DNA of 61,464 bases, the filler included, from Diploschistes diacapsis (lineage: Eukaryota): NCBI GenBank assembly GCA_023645945.1. It is 6 parts of 6 records of this genome, joined end to end, with 100 filler letters (N's around TTAATTAATTAA, not from the genome) between each part and the next. Parts side by side here need not be neighbours in the genome. Positions count along the whole stretch, not along the records: positions 30,851 to 41,017 come from JALAIB010000957.1; positions 41,118 to 51,259 come from JALAIB010000958.1; positions 51,360 to 61,464 come from JALAIB010000960.1; 3 more parts are not named here. One strand, written 5' to 3'. Shown piece after piece: positions 39,501 through 55,752 of this stretch. The position numbers were made by a program, and so were the translations under genes. How positions within the stretch are numbered: position 1 is the first letter of the stretch; each line of letters begins with the position of its first letter. The notes beneath the pieces were generated by a model, which saw only the letters and a list, made by a program, of their open reading frames with translations, made no database searches and was not told the DNA's origin.

Positions 39501-41017
39501 ACAAAGGGTCTCGATTCTGTAGCAGTCCACACGAGGACACCCAAGCCAGTGGGATCTCAGCCCAAAAGGTCGCGTTGAGTCTCGCAGCATTGGTCTTGTA
39601 GATACTGGACGTTCCTTTCGCCAACCCACGAAAAGCAGTCAAGGGGCAAAAATGGAGGGGGATCTGGTCGACTGCGGAATGCGCTGACCAAGTAGACAAA
39701 TCCTGAAGGACTGAGCAGCAAGGAAAGTGACAAGGTACTTGGTGCCTCGGACGAAATCTGCTCAACATGACTCGTTTCATTGTGGTCAAGGCTGGCCAGT
39801 GCTGGGGCAAAGAAGAGAGAAATTGTGGCAAAGCCCAGTAGTGCGCTGGCGGCTTAATGTATTTGTATTAGTTGTGCCCATGGTATGTACAGAGTACAAA
39901 GGTAGATGGATAGATGTGAGGACCAGCTGGTCATGGAGAGAGAGTTGTGCGGTGGGCGTTTCCTTTCGGCTACGGCAGCGAGAACAGGACAAGGTATGAT
40001 GGAAAGCCGTCAGCTTCAGACTCTAGGCTTCTAGTCTAGCCTCATCCAACATGATGACGGCGCGTTTTCCCCGTATTTCCCAATGTCGAGTTACCGACTT
40101 ACTTCCGTAGGTAGGCAGGTAGGTAGGTAGGTAGGTGCGTTGTAATGATCACAAAAACGGCTCGATACGGGAACCCGTTCGCCTGCCCGTTGCTTACCCG
40201 CTTTTGATTCAATAGAATAGCTAGCTCTCCGTTCCGCTTGTGGACTCGACGTTCGTTTCCGTTCGCACACCTACACACACAAGCAGTCAGTAAGCTAGCT
40301 GGAATACTTCCCACAGAACCCGTGCTGTTGTTGTTGCGGGCCGTACTCTACATGCTCTAGCAGTAAATCCTGTCCAGAGTAGTACAGTAGTGCTTTGCAT
40401 CAATCAGCGTCCTTGTTTCAGCGCCACGCCAGCCACACAGTCTAATTTAAAAAAGATACCAGTCCAGTTAATAGTCAACTTCGGTCCTAGCCCCCATCAT
40501 GTCTCACCCATATTTACCCATATTTACCCAACGAGAGCTGCAAGTCCGCCGATAATTAATCCGCCTCTCCTCTCCTCTACTCTCCCCTCCTCTCCTTTCC
40601 TGTCTCTTCCTGGTAAATTCGTGAGGAAACATCAAACAACCTGCATAATGGTATTTGCGGATCTCCGAAGTGCTTTGTACAAAAGCATCTGCATACATAA
40701 AGCGTAGTCCTTGCCGAGGTGCATTTCTTGTGATTTTTATGGGCTTTGATCATCGGCCGAGTAAGTAGTAAGTACTGCAAATGTGCCCGTGCTAAATGTT
40801 TCAAAAATAGACAATGAGAGAGAGCTAGGGCTTGTCTTTCCCCCACCACCCACCCACTCACCCCAGTGCAAGCAAGCAGCCACCCTGCTGAATCCCATCA
40901 AACCTGCAGAAAAGTAGCGAGTGCCCAAGTCAGACGTTCACAATGATGCGCTTGACCTGATGCTATCTACTAATACAATTCGTCGAACCCTCCGCCCGTG
41001 TTCAATGTGTACAAGGC

Positions 41018-41117
41018 NNNNNNNNNNNNNNNNNNNNNNNNNNNNNNNNNNNNNNNNNNNNTTAATTAATTAANNNNNNNNNNNNNNNNNNNNNNNNNNN
41101 NNNNNNNNNNNNNNNNN
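41018..41117. other. Artificial contig linker 4
   Basis: 44 N + TTAATTAATTAA + 44 N. Confidence 0.99.
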
Positions 41118-41727
41118 TGATGGGGGGAAGGCGAGGGGGGAAGCCAAGAGAAGGTGGAAAGAGGTGAAAGGGCCTCGACGAGGAGGATTGTTGGATCTAC
41201 ATGTTGAGTACGGTATTCGTGTTGCGGGTTTGTTGTTGAAACCTGTTGGTTGTGTACATGTGGGAGTACTTCAGGTCATGGTATACTCTGCATTGGTCGT
41301 TGCATGATTGATATGTTCATTGCATTCCATTATGCCACTGCACGCCTAAACCACCCACTGCTTTTCCTGGTGCTGATCCCTAACGCCGTTAAGATGCATC
41401 AACCGTATCTCCTCGCTGTATCCTCTCCTAATGCCTCCCCAGACGCGATGTGGACGAGTCAAAAGTCGCCGAAGTGAAGGTGGGGCCGGGCTTACCGTAC
41501 TGCCCGGACTTTGGATCGGGTTTGATTTGATATGTGAGCTATCCGTGCTGCTGACATGAAAGCTAGGCTCGTCTCGGTGGCGGCTCAATCCTGGTACTAC
41601 CTGCCCTAATCCTTGCCTCGGAAGCTTCGTATACATGCGGTGGTAGGATTACAAGCGAGAACAGATACTCGAATATAAACGACTATTTGACGCTCGGAGT
41701 TCCTTGATTTGAGTCGTGCCTGCCCAT

Positions 41728-44668
<2,941 letters not shown>

Positions 44669-45485
44669 CCTGGCCGATGCACATCCAAAAAGACGCTCAC
44701 AACAACACGCCGTTGGATAGGAAGTCCAGTAAATAGACGAAGGGCTGACCGAAGGACTATGGTAAAGCTAGGGCGGTCTCCAAGATTTGTCAATAGGATT
44801 TCGGCATGCCCAAAAGTCGCATTACGGGATGATGTACAGGCAGACGGGGCACGGTCAAGGAAGCTGTGAGGCTGTGCTAGGAGACTTGTAGGGCCGACTT
44901 GCCCCTCAGGCAATCCCCACCAGGCGCCTCAATATAGAGTATTCTACTTGCAAAGTAGATCGTACAGCACCGGAGCCAGTCTTCGTACAACTTGAAGCTG
45001 TCTTCTATTCGAGTTGCTAGAATCTGAATTACGCTAAACTGCTCCGATCTAGATCGCTCAAAGAACCAAGGCCGTTCTTTGTTGCACTGAGTCATTCTCT
45101 CTCTGGAAGCCAAGCCTCCCTGAGCCACTGCGAATGGGCACACAAGTAGAGTCAATGTCTTGCCAGTACAAAGGTCGAGAATCCCAGATAGAGGATCGAA
45201 AATCGATATCTAGGGTTATCTAACAGTTAGACCATACAATTAAAGAGATCTGCCCAAGTGGTGGAACTCAAACCCCCTCCGAATAGTAGCATACATATTC
45301 TGTCGCGCCTACCGCCCATGTCAGATGCCGTTGGTTAGATTCTGGGAGTCCATTTTTAGAGTTCCCAAACGCATTTTCCTGTCACGGATGGCTATAAGAC
45401 CCCAAGCGGATACATTCCTGTTGTATCTGTATCCAAGCGCATGCAGCGAAGGCGTCACCAATGGCAGTAACAGCATCATCTGGCA

Positions 45486-46363
45486 TTAGTAGGGTGCATA
45501 GCCTCCGCGACCTCGGCCGCCTCTGTAGCCTCCTCTATAGCCCCCACGCGGAGGATATCCTCTGTCGTAACCACCTCGACCGAATCCTCCGCCAAAGCCA
45601 CCGCGGCCACGAGGCGCGCCTCTTCCGCCTCGACCACCTCGGGCCATGCCTGGAACGTTGGTTCGTTTGGGCACAACCTAGCACAAGCGTTAGTAGGCTG
45701 GATGCTATTATAGCCTGGTCATGCATCAGACCTTGAGGTTTCGTCCGCGGAAGACACTTTCGTTCAGGACCAGCGCTTGAGCAACAAGGTGAGGTTCAGT
45801 GAACTCGACATATGCATAGCTACGCTCAATCAGCATCTAAAACACTCGAGCCGGTTAAAGACTCAATCGCCAATGGCCCGACTGGAGCAGGCTCAAAGAC
45901 GTACCCTTTGGGATGACCGGTGAATTTGTCGAGCAGAATCGTAACCCTGTTGATTGATCCGCAGCTCTGAAAATGCGCCTGGATTTCTTCAGGCGACGCG
46001 CCATAGTCAACATTCCCAACGAATATGCTTCGCGCATCCACGTCTTCTCGGTCTTCACGAAGATCTGGCGTATGTTCCAGTGATGCTTGCATTTCTCTTA
46101 ATTTGGCTGCTTCTGCTTCCATTTCCGCAACCCTTCTCTTCATCGCAGATATTTCTTCCTATTTTTCAAGCATCAGCAGCTATTTTTCTTCTTCCTTATG
46201 AATCCGCGTCTTGTATAGCCCTGAATCCATGGGAACTCCCTCCATCATTACGACTCGACGACGGACGAATTGTACGAAAGGGTCCATCTCTTACTTCATC
46301 ATCGTTTGCCTCATCCTGCACAAGTCTATGCTCTTCCTCGAGCTTGACATCTTTGTCTGACAT
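45486..46363 (-). CDS. PAB2: Nuclear poly(A)-binding protein 2 (PABPN1/Pab2/Sgn1 family), 4 exons
   Basis: Coiled coil [27 protein letters not shown] ([20 protein letters not shown]), [10 protein letters not shown] and an RGG tail ending YAPY*. Confidence 0.93.
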
Positions 46364-46876
46364 TGTGAAAGTAATCAACTGAAAGGCGGAGGCAAATGGC
46401 GTCTTAAACACAGCGCAATATTGACTATTTGTGGAATTTTTGGCAAAAGATTGCGAAGTTTGCTCAGCAATTAATGAACAGTTACTTGGAGTTTTTTGCT
46501 ATTGTCAATGATTTGAGTATTGGAGAATTTTTGAAAAGTTGATAGGAGCCAGAATTAACAAAGGTAGTATTGGGGACCCGGCGAAACTATTGTGCCGCTC
46601 AACGTCTGTCACCACTCTGGGCACCTTTCCCGAGTAAAAGGTCGTGAGCAAGGCTTGAAGACTCCCATGTCATTCATTTCTAGGCATTGAATACATCTAC
46701 GGACGCATAAAGAACGTATCTGTATCTCGAGGTACGCGGTGATATGTGCTTTCCTTAGCACCTGCTAGTGCTACCATCATGACCATGAAATCATGATTAT
46801 GCCTTCCCCTTTAACCTACTAGACCCGTAGCAAACACGGTGCCAGCCATGGACACTGTGCTTCCAGGAGCTCAGAA

Positions 46877-49395
46877 ATGGAAACGATAAAGCCGGCACAG
46901 CTCTCCTTCTTAGCAATTTATAATCCTTCCCTTGGCCAAAGTGATGAGACCTTACATGACCAAATTGTGTATTACTACTCAAGGAAACTTCGCGAGTCAA
47001 AGAAGCCATCCAATGCAAGTAGCGAGCAACAGAATCGTGAAGATGGCAATGAAAAGCTTCGGCAGATCGGGCTCGCTCAAGGGATGGTCGAGTTCGCAAA
47101 GTACGTTGCTCAATACCGTAACGAGGCTATAAGCGTTGACGTCTGGGCATAGGGCATTCTCAGACGGCGCTCCGGTAGATGCAGTAGACTCCAAAAAATC
47201 TAGAGTTCTAATGCACGAGCTTGAAACAGGCTGGTGGATGCTCGCGGTGAGTCGTTGCCCGTGTCACTGAGCTTGTTAACTGATTCAGCAGTCGGTCGAA
47301 CTTACGCAAATTCAGACCAAAGTAAAGACAGCAGGTGCAAAGCAAGATCCAGCGAGCGAGAACCTGAAGACTGAATACTCTGCTAGAGAAGTGTGTCCCA
47401 AGCATATATTGCTCCAGCATCTTCTCCAGGCACACTCGGTCTTCCTACTGCACCATGCTCCTTCACTTGCTAACCTGTACACACGTCTCACGAGGCCTAA
47501 ATTTTGTGCGGCACTGGACCGGTTCTGGGACATGTTTGTTAGGGGCTGGGACGTGTTGCTGCACGGAACACCAGCCGTAGATCTCTTTGATGGATTCAAA
47601 CTCGCAGCCGGTGGAGAGCTTGGTATTGGCGTAGGAGAAGAAGAATGGGGAAGCGGTGAACGGGAGGTCTTGGAAGGCTTCATTCAAAGAACAGAAGGGC
47701 TCATTGATCTTGTTGTCGCACGTTTCGGGAATTTTGAGGAAGACTCACCATCCAGTGACCCTCAGCAGCGTGAGAAGCATTCATGGCTTGGTAGTGGCTT
47801 TTTGCCAAGCTCAGCAGATGGTGTCATCTTCTCTGGAGTGAATGCCATAACACGACACTCTTTAACCGGGATTGCAAAGTGGATGGAGTGGGTGTTCCAA
47901 AAAGGCCAAGCAGCGTATGGTGTGCAGGATAATCCTCACGCACCAAGGCGACGACGCAGACGAAAACCGGCTGCCTCCGATCCCCCCGAGGGCCAAACCA
48001 CTGAACCCGACATATACAGGCTTCCTAGGCCAACGGATATCGCTGAACAAGTCCCGCATGGTATACCACCACCGATTGTTACAGCGGCAAATAAGTCACT
48101 CGACAATGCGCTGAAGCATGTCGACGAGGCGGAACAGTCCTCTAATCATACGTCAGACGGCAAAGACAACGCAGCCGGAGCCGATGTTTTGATGAAATAT
48201 ATGACCTTTGGGCTTTATGGGTCTGGATGGGGACTCCCACATTCTGGATCCCGTGCACGAGAGCCAGTGGTCAAGGAACGTGGAGATTCTGGCAGCCACA
48301 CTAATGCGACAAAAGGGGCGGAAGACGATAAGACATGTTGCGCGAAGAATAGTGCTGCCGGAAATAGTGCTTTTCTTGACCATCGATACAAGGAAGGATG
48401 CTTTCTCATAGGGCTCAAAGGAGACCTTGACCACGAGGGCGAAACGGATGGTGAAGAAAGGACCGATTCTGGTGCCGAAGCCGGCGCAGAAGCAAATACG
48501 TCGAAGTCGTGGAATAGTAGGATTTTATTGAGGACCCTGCAGGTCGAACGAACAAGACAGCCTGCTGTTAACGATGAAAATCCTCTTTTTCAGGGTGAGC
48601 TGATTTGAGGACCTACGTTCAAGCATATGCATGATTAACACGTAACCAGAGCCTGAGCCTCCAGCATCTCAGTTTTTTGATAGGGTGCAGACTGTGGTAT
48701 ATGTTGTAAGTGCAGTTCAGGACACTTTCGGTAGTATACTCAAAATATCACAGCGGCGGCCGTTTATATTTACCTTCCTCTTTGAGCTCCAGACACCTAC
48801 TCTCAATTACACCTCCTTTTATCGTTCCATTCATCACCAGCTAGGACCGCTACAGCGCCCTCTTCTCCGCTCTACATCACCTAGCAACATTCTACACAGA
48901 GTCTACGACACGCTCTCTCCGCGCACCGTTACCCCTGCAGATAGTAAGCAGCCTATCTATGACCTTGTTTATGATCCCTTGCACATGACTATTCGCACCA
49001 CCATTCCACCGATTCCGGACGCTGGAGATGTCACTCTCAGCCAGAATGGCACGACGTTATGGTCCCGCTTGGATGCACTCAATGTCCATTCGCAAATCGT
49101 ATCCACTTTCACCGCCACTCGACGGTATGCTTCAGAGCTCGAAAGGACAGCCAAAACAAGCCGTGGATGGTGGGTGGTCTGGATCCGTTTACCAACTGTA
49201 CAGCCAAATTTGTATCAGGAGGCTTTCCTCATTCGTAAATCAACCGATTATGTTGATCAAAATTCAAGGAAGACTAACTTTGGATTCGGAAACGATACTG
49301 GATTGGGATGGGGTTCCTCTGCTGGGAAGCTGGCAGAGGGAATTGGCATTGATACTCGGAGGTACGTAGAAGGCTTGTTAAATCTCAACCGGTGA
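46877..49395 (+). CDS. CCZ1: Vacuolar fusion protein Ccz1 (Mon1-Ccz1 GEF subunit), about 5 exons
   Basis: PAQLSFLAIYNPSLG..DET..DQIVYY, NEKLRQIGLAQGMVEFA, WDVLLHG, KLAAGGELGIGVGEEEWGSGEREVLEGF, KTSRGWWVVW and GIGIDTRRYVEGLL match filamentous-fungal Ccz1. Confidence 0.87.
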
Positions 49396-51120
49396 TTGTA
49401 TCTCTTTAATTGGAGGGCTGCCTTACTGCTGCTGGCTGTCATGGCTAGCATTTTTACCACCTAATAATCTTCCTATAAATGAGCAGTAGTCTAGATGAAC
49501 CAATGGACGGGCGTTTGCCACAAGGCCAGTACACGACACATAGCAAATAGCACTACATCTTCCCCATACGGACTGTGTCGCCGCTGTTCCTAGGACAAAG
49601 CAGGTAATACGTATATACTTGTTGATGAGGATACTCGGGTATACCAGCTCATCATGAGCTTTTGTCCATCCTTATCAGTACCGCGATTGCCTTCCCGTTT
49701 CGTCTCAACGTTGAGGTCTCTGTGAATTCTGCCATCGATCTGAGTAGAGTTCACTGGCATCCTTCCACCAATACACTGGCTCCGCTAGAATCGGACTCCA
49801 GGCACAGTAGAATCAATCGAGTGGGGAAGATGTTGCTTCCGGTTTGGCTATTAGCTCTCCTTCCCCTTTCATTATCAGGTCCTAGTATCAGTTGAAATTC
49901 GGCACTGTTCAGCATATATTGTTCAACACGATTTGTTTACCAACAACTTGTTAGGTAGTTTACTGGTTCTGCCTCGGGTACAATGACGAACTAGCAATTA
50001 AACTCCCCGGAGTTGCTGTTGAAAAAACTTGACGAAGTATCTACTGGGGTATGGAGTTTGAAAGAAAAGGCGGGGATTCTGAGACGGCATGGGTTCAATT
50101 TTTGAATCATTCAAGTTTTTTTGTTTCATATCTATATACGTATCGACACTATACTGAATGATCTAATTTTTAATAAGGCCCCTTAATTCGGCTACAGAAG
50201 TGGCTTCCAACCCTCCTTACGTTGCTGGAACAATGGGAGGAAGACATATCGTTTCCTGGACAGTGGTTTTGGTACAACGATCTACGTCAAAAAGTCAACC
50301 CAATGCTGGGAAGCTCAAAGAACCTTTGACTGCATGAGGCTTACCCGAATCCTTTATTTCAAGTTTCATAGGCACCTGATCTCGCAACAGTGTTCTTGAC
50401 AAGCCAAAGCAAGATAGAAATAATTGGCCTTTACAGTTTCGTCAAGCTATAGTCCCTGCAAAATTACTTCGAGATCGTATTCTTTACACTAAGATATATT
50501 TTCAAGCTGTCGTCACCACTCAACAATGCTAAGAATCAGTAGCGCCAGAGGGGCTGCTTTTTGCTCAAAGCTTTACCACGGATTAGCTTTTGTAGGATGG
50601 ATACGTACTTCAACAAGATAATAGCCGGTAAAGCGCTTTGTTGATTTTTTTTTAAATAAATTGGTTATATCATTTCAAGAAGCATACCCTGTCATTTTAT
50701 TCCAACAGTTCAACGATAGGTACCATAAATCAGGGGGGCATATATGCACCCATATGAGATTCAAGGTGATACGAGAACTATGTTAATATTAGCGATTAGT
50801 CAACGATTAGTCATATCAGCAGGTGCGTGAACACACTATGCAATCGAATCACAAGGATGTCTGTGGACGATCATGTGACAGCAATTTCTTTGCTGTGCAT
50901 AAGTAAGTGGATTGGTCTGTTGTAATCACTACGGAGGTGTCTTCATCTGAGAGGCATTGCTAATGATTATCTCATCTTTCATATGAAGACGGTACTCATA
51001 AATTGAAGGCAACCAAGACAGTCATCATCTGCAGCACTGTCATTCTCCGGTCACTGAATACCCGGCAGAGGGCAAAGCGAAGGTGGGTTGTATTTTCAAG
51101 ATCTGCCCTGGCACTGTTAC

Positions 51121-51259
51121 TTAGGCCCTGTTTGGTGGTCAGCGTAGAGCATGCGTAGAGCCTCTACGTAGCTTGTACGAGGTCACATGACACTCTACGC
51201 TCCCACCAAACGCCCCTTTTCATAGAGCGTCTACGTAGACGTCGTAGAGCGTCTACGCG
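51121..51259. mobile_element. Candidate PIF/Harbinger (Tourist-like) element terminus, cut by contig end
   Basis: TTA immediately precedes GGCCCTGTTTGGT. An imperfect internal inverted copy lies at 51193-51216, and CGTAGAG/CTCTACG-type motifs recur up to the contig break. Confidence 0.5.
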
Positions 51260-51359
51260 NNNNNNNNNNNNNNNNNNNNNNNNNNNNNNNNNNNNNNNNN
51301 NNNTTAATTAATTAANNNNNNNNNNNNNNNNNNNNNNNNNNNNNNNNNNNNNNNNNNNN
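51260..51359. other. Artificial contig linker 5
   Basis: 44 N + TTAATTAATTAA + 44 N. Confidence 0.99.
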
Positions 51360-51999
51360 GGTTCCTTGGGGGCTTTGGGCGCATATGATATGCGATAGGG
51401 CCTGAAAGGTCTATGAAGGATCTTCTCCCCGGATCCGCGGGCTAGTTGAAGCGTTCTCCGCATCTTCTTGGCATTTCTGTTTGGGGCACAAAGTTGGGGG
51501 GCGGAATATATGGGCTTCGCTGGTAGGTTTTGTTTTTGGCTTGTGCTGCGGGCTTGGGGTATTGGGAGCTTTTTGGAGCTCAAGCTGCTTTGCCCCCTTG
51601 CCTAACGCTTCCTTGACATGCGGGCGGTACCCGCGCTTCGGCTGGATGACGTAGTATACTTACAGTAGCTAGCTTTCTTTTTTCCCCCAAGAGGCTTTTT
51701 AAACGTTTTGAATGGCGCTCGAGCTGTCAAACGCAGCTTGGGAAGATGTAACGTTAGAGGTTTCAGTGATGGTGCAAGACTTTGGGTTTTGGACTATCAG
51801 CTGGCTAAGATATTCTATTTCCAACCTACGCGGTCTGGGATGTCGAGAGCGGCATCAAGTGAACATGGCTTCCGGCGCCTCATCTAGATCCACCCGGCCA
51901 CAGACCACAGACAGACATGCACACAAAGAACCTCATTACTTTGCGACGCCCACGGCGTATCCAATAATATAGGACCCTACCGAATACACACACGGAGAC

Positions 52000-53804
52000 C
52001 AGTTGGAGCATGTCATTGGTCCCATCCAAGCTTTTCATGGACGGCATACCTCTCCCACCTCATTCCATCCTCTTCCCATTTACCTGACGCCCTGTACCCT
52101 TTCTCTTTCGGTATCGCGATTTTTGACTAAGCTGCGATCAGTGCCCGTCAATAGCAAGCCTCTGCTGTAGGTGACAGGTGTCCCTGCGTTGCACGGATGT
52201 CTCTTTGGTTCGTTGCAATGCGTTTTGCGGCTTCGGGATTTGCTTCCAGCCAGGTAATCGTTGACTCAAGGCTGGACCAATCGTTCGCACACGAAGATGA
52301 TGTTGGCTTGTTTGGGTGCCTGCGAAGTGAGAAACGAAGACGTTCAGCCCGAAGGGGTCTCTACCGCCTTTACGTTGTTAACGGTAGATTCTGATAGCCT
52401 AGAAGCGTATACAGGGCGGATAAGGTGCGTTGTATGCTGCATGAAGACACGTGAAGGTGTGAGATGACAGAAGCACAGGCTTGATGGTACGCGAGCCGGC
52501 CGGAGTAGGTGATTCCCTTAGATACAGAGTGTAAGCGAAGGGTGGAGACTTTGCGTACCAATTATCCTACCTCGGTGTATACAATGTACTTGTGTCTGCA
52601 GAAGTTTTCAATAGGCCTGATATTGTTGTTTTCCATGTTCCTGTCTCCAGTCCTTCAAGGCCTCAACGTTGGACCATGTCTTTGCCCTGGAGACGCGAAG
52701 CAGGTTCGGTCTCAGCTCTGGGTCGAGAATGGGATTGAAGCCCTGCGTTCGCCAGACCGCTTTGTTAATTTTCTGTGCCCAGGGGAATGCGCTTTCAATC
52801 TTCCGGCTCTTGGTTAAAGCTTCATCTAATTCGCCTATATAGGGCATAGCCCATGACCAAGACCTGTAATGAGGCACGGCCCAATAGTTATCGCCTTGTG
52901 AACAATCTGCTGGTCGCGAGAAAGTCCATGAATTATTGGTCGGGTGGTCATCTATAGATATCGAGAACAGGACATCAGGAATGGGTTCGGGAGAGGTGAT
53001 CAATGCACGACGGATCCGATGCAAGATGGAGGAGCGGCGCTGCAGAATTGGGCGAAGTCAAATTCATGTAGTTTCTTGAGGGGAATGGCAATAATCAGAT
53101 GCCTTGATCAGGAAGCACTCACACGAATCCAATCGTGAGCCAACCCTGGCCCAACTGAGATGATGTATAACTGAGAATTCGATCAGCTGCTGCTATGTAG
53201 AGTCAGAAGTAGGCTCGAAAAGCCCAAATTTCACAAGTAGATGCTCCGTGAACGGTTTTTTACGGCAATACAATTCTGCTATTCCGGGAATCTTGGAGTA
53301 GTCATGGCGATTATAGAGAGAATAGTGCAAAACTCTTCCCATCACAACCTAATTTGCACCATGACCTTTTTGTTTGCGAGGTAAATATTACTTTGAACAC
53401 GGACAACGAGCACAACACCTTGAGAGATCATGCTAGACTGTTCACATGGTTTCTGGGAGATAGAAGAAAAGGTTGGCCTACCTTGCCATTCGTTATTCTT
53501 GCCTGAACATGGCCATTGACATTGCTAGGCAATCGCTCTAGCTCAAATATATCGTCGATCTCTTTCGTGAGATCCGGAAACAAACTCGCACACTGTTTGC
53601 TAGATAGAGATTGTTTCGTGAAGGTGTATGGGTTACGTAGAACCTAGAACCTCGTCTTCGAGAATCACAATTTGATAGGCTTCATAGAAGGCGCTCGGCA
53701 AAAAGCTTGTCACTTCTGGAAAGAGAATGAAGGAGATCCGGAGTAGGACAAATAGCGACCAAGATCCGCAGCAAAAGCAAAAAAAGTCTGGTCAGGATAG
53801 GCAT
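52000..53804 (-). pseudogene. Glycosyltransferase family 90 (DUF821/CAP10-like) pseudogene (boundaries approximate)
   Basis: Motifs in order: LSSKQCASLFPDLTKEID, RITNGK|LYII, LHRIRRALITSPEPIPD, WAVPHY..WSW, PWAQKINKAVWR, IENFCRHKYIVYTE|GITYSGRLAYHQACASV, NIIFV..DWSSLESTITWLEANPEAAKRIA, LSPTAEACY*RALIAA*. Stops at 52148-52150 and 52127-52129. Frameshifts near 52658, 52463 and 52290. Confidence 0.83.
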
Positions 53805-55752
53805 TGCTAGGTAAGTCTAATATTCTAGTCTTTATGTTCTGGTTCTCGTAAGAGGCTGGTGAGGTGCCGGCAAGAATGACTTGAAAGATATCGTGGCCTT
53901 ATTAGACTTTAAAGCGATCTTTAGCTGCCTGGACACCCTACAGAGCACTCCAGTGGACCAAGGTATGGCATTGGGGAGCGATCTGAAGAAGCCGCCATTT
54001 CGTCTTCATCGTTGTGACATGGCCATGCGAATACTTGGAGGCACAAAACCGGCGCCTCGCTCCAATGCAATGAGACGGCTCCACAATTAGAGCTCCGGTG
54101 CCCTGCAAACCTCCTCTCCGAGCTCAGGATGCTGGCCTCCGGGGTCATGTCGTGGCCGTTGCCCCAGTGGAAGTGGAAGGGGAAGGAGACATGGTGAGTG
54201 ATACGATTGGTTTCATTCCAAGCTAGAGTAACTGTTCAATATGGAAGCCGTTACGAGGTGAGGAAAGGCAAATTTTGCCTGGCTTTGGGCAATGTAGGCT
54301 TAGCTGAGTCCGATTATTAGCGTAAGACTGGCTCCATACCAGAACCAGCATGGTTGCCCCTGGATATGTTAACGGTCGAGCATGGCTGAAGCGAGTAGAT
54401 GGCACCAACGAACTTTATTGACAGCCTTTTCATGCTCAGCAATCTCCAATTAGATGTTAGCATTTGGCACTTGTAACCTGCTGAGCATCCAGAGCTGACT
54501 GGCATATGGGCAGTTGGAATTCCAAGTTCAGCCCATATCTTCAGCATCGCCCTCTGCGGTCAGGGACATTGTTCGTATTTACCTTCAGGCGATCGATTGG
54601 ATCCTCACTGAAAGGGAGTTTTGCAGTTCCTTGATTTCTCGAAGCTTCCGGAATGGCACTCTGCTTTTTTCAAGATTTATCAGAACCCAGGTCTCGGACA
54701 AGGAACTAACGCCTGGCAATAAGGCAGACTGCGAAAGCGGAGGCCTCAAGTTTACGGCGCCGGTGGCTATAAGTATCAACTCCTTCAGTTTGGCAAACCA
54801 GCACTGATGCGTTCTTCAGGAGAACTCCGAGACCCTACTTCAGTGGGACGGTCGACCGCTCCTCGGTAGGATTGCTGGCAAACATACCTTCTATTTCGAA
54901 CCTCATCCTTCGAAGCAAGCTTCAACTGTCTTTCGTGAGACGGAGGAGTTCTCTGGCCTTTGTTCTTTCACGATGGTACCCTGGCTAAGCGGTAGTAGCG
55001 TCAAGAAAGGCTTTGAGACATTTAAATCGAGACCTAAAGACACGAGTAGAACAGCAAGGGAGTCAGGATCATTAGCAAGATAAGGCTTCGTAGTAGACTA
55101 ACAAACGGTAGGAGAACCATAAAACATATTGCATGGCATTGATACCACCGTCTTACTAGCTACGCAGTGAACTCACAATCTCGAAGCAGATTGACCCCGA
55201 ACCTATAAGAAGAGACAATCCAGCACAGTTTCTAGTCCTGACACAATGAAGCTGCTGAGAGAAGAGACTTCAAGCCCATATATGAAAAAATACATCGCTT
55301 ATCACTTCACCGGATATACCTCTTATGCCGCAAAAGAAAGCCCAGTCACAGACGAACATGAAGAGATGATCAAAAAAACTTGAAATAAAGAGATCTATCT
55401 ATCTAGATACAACGACGTTGGAGGATGGGATGATTCTCCGTTAGTAGCTGGAAATTTTCCGCCCCGAATTTTGGCAAGCCGCAATGTGGCTTTACATAAG
55501 CTTGCCGCGAGCAAGGAGCTGCTGTTGTTGATTTTCAGACCATCAATTTCAGCATGAAGTCCAGACATCTATTAACCATTGAGAACTCAATAAGTGCTCA
55601 ATTACTCGACCGCGCCTTTCACACCTTCATGCCCCCTCAAAGCTTTGTTTCGAGAGTGCCCAGAGCACCGGAAGTTCCGAACCTGTGTCCAGGCATCGTC
55701 TGCATCCCATCCCTTACTCTGAAGCTCAAGCCTTCCGTAAAGTCCTCCTAGA

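Noticed and set aside
36600..41017. Many 60-125 aa ORFs in the 4.4-kb region upstream of the Zn2Cys6 gene
   Set aside because: No family motifs or consistent splice structure. Treated as intergenic, though old relics cannot be excluded without BLASTX.
51360..51620. Basic, Pro-rich minus-strand ORF fragment at the start of contig 6, possibly retroelement ORF1
   Set aside because: It is short, truncated by the linker and lacks diagnostic motifs.
54000..55130. Possible decayed gene on the minus strand
   Set aside because: The fragments look protein-like, but I could not assign a family or a coherent frame.
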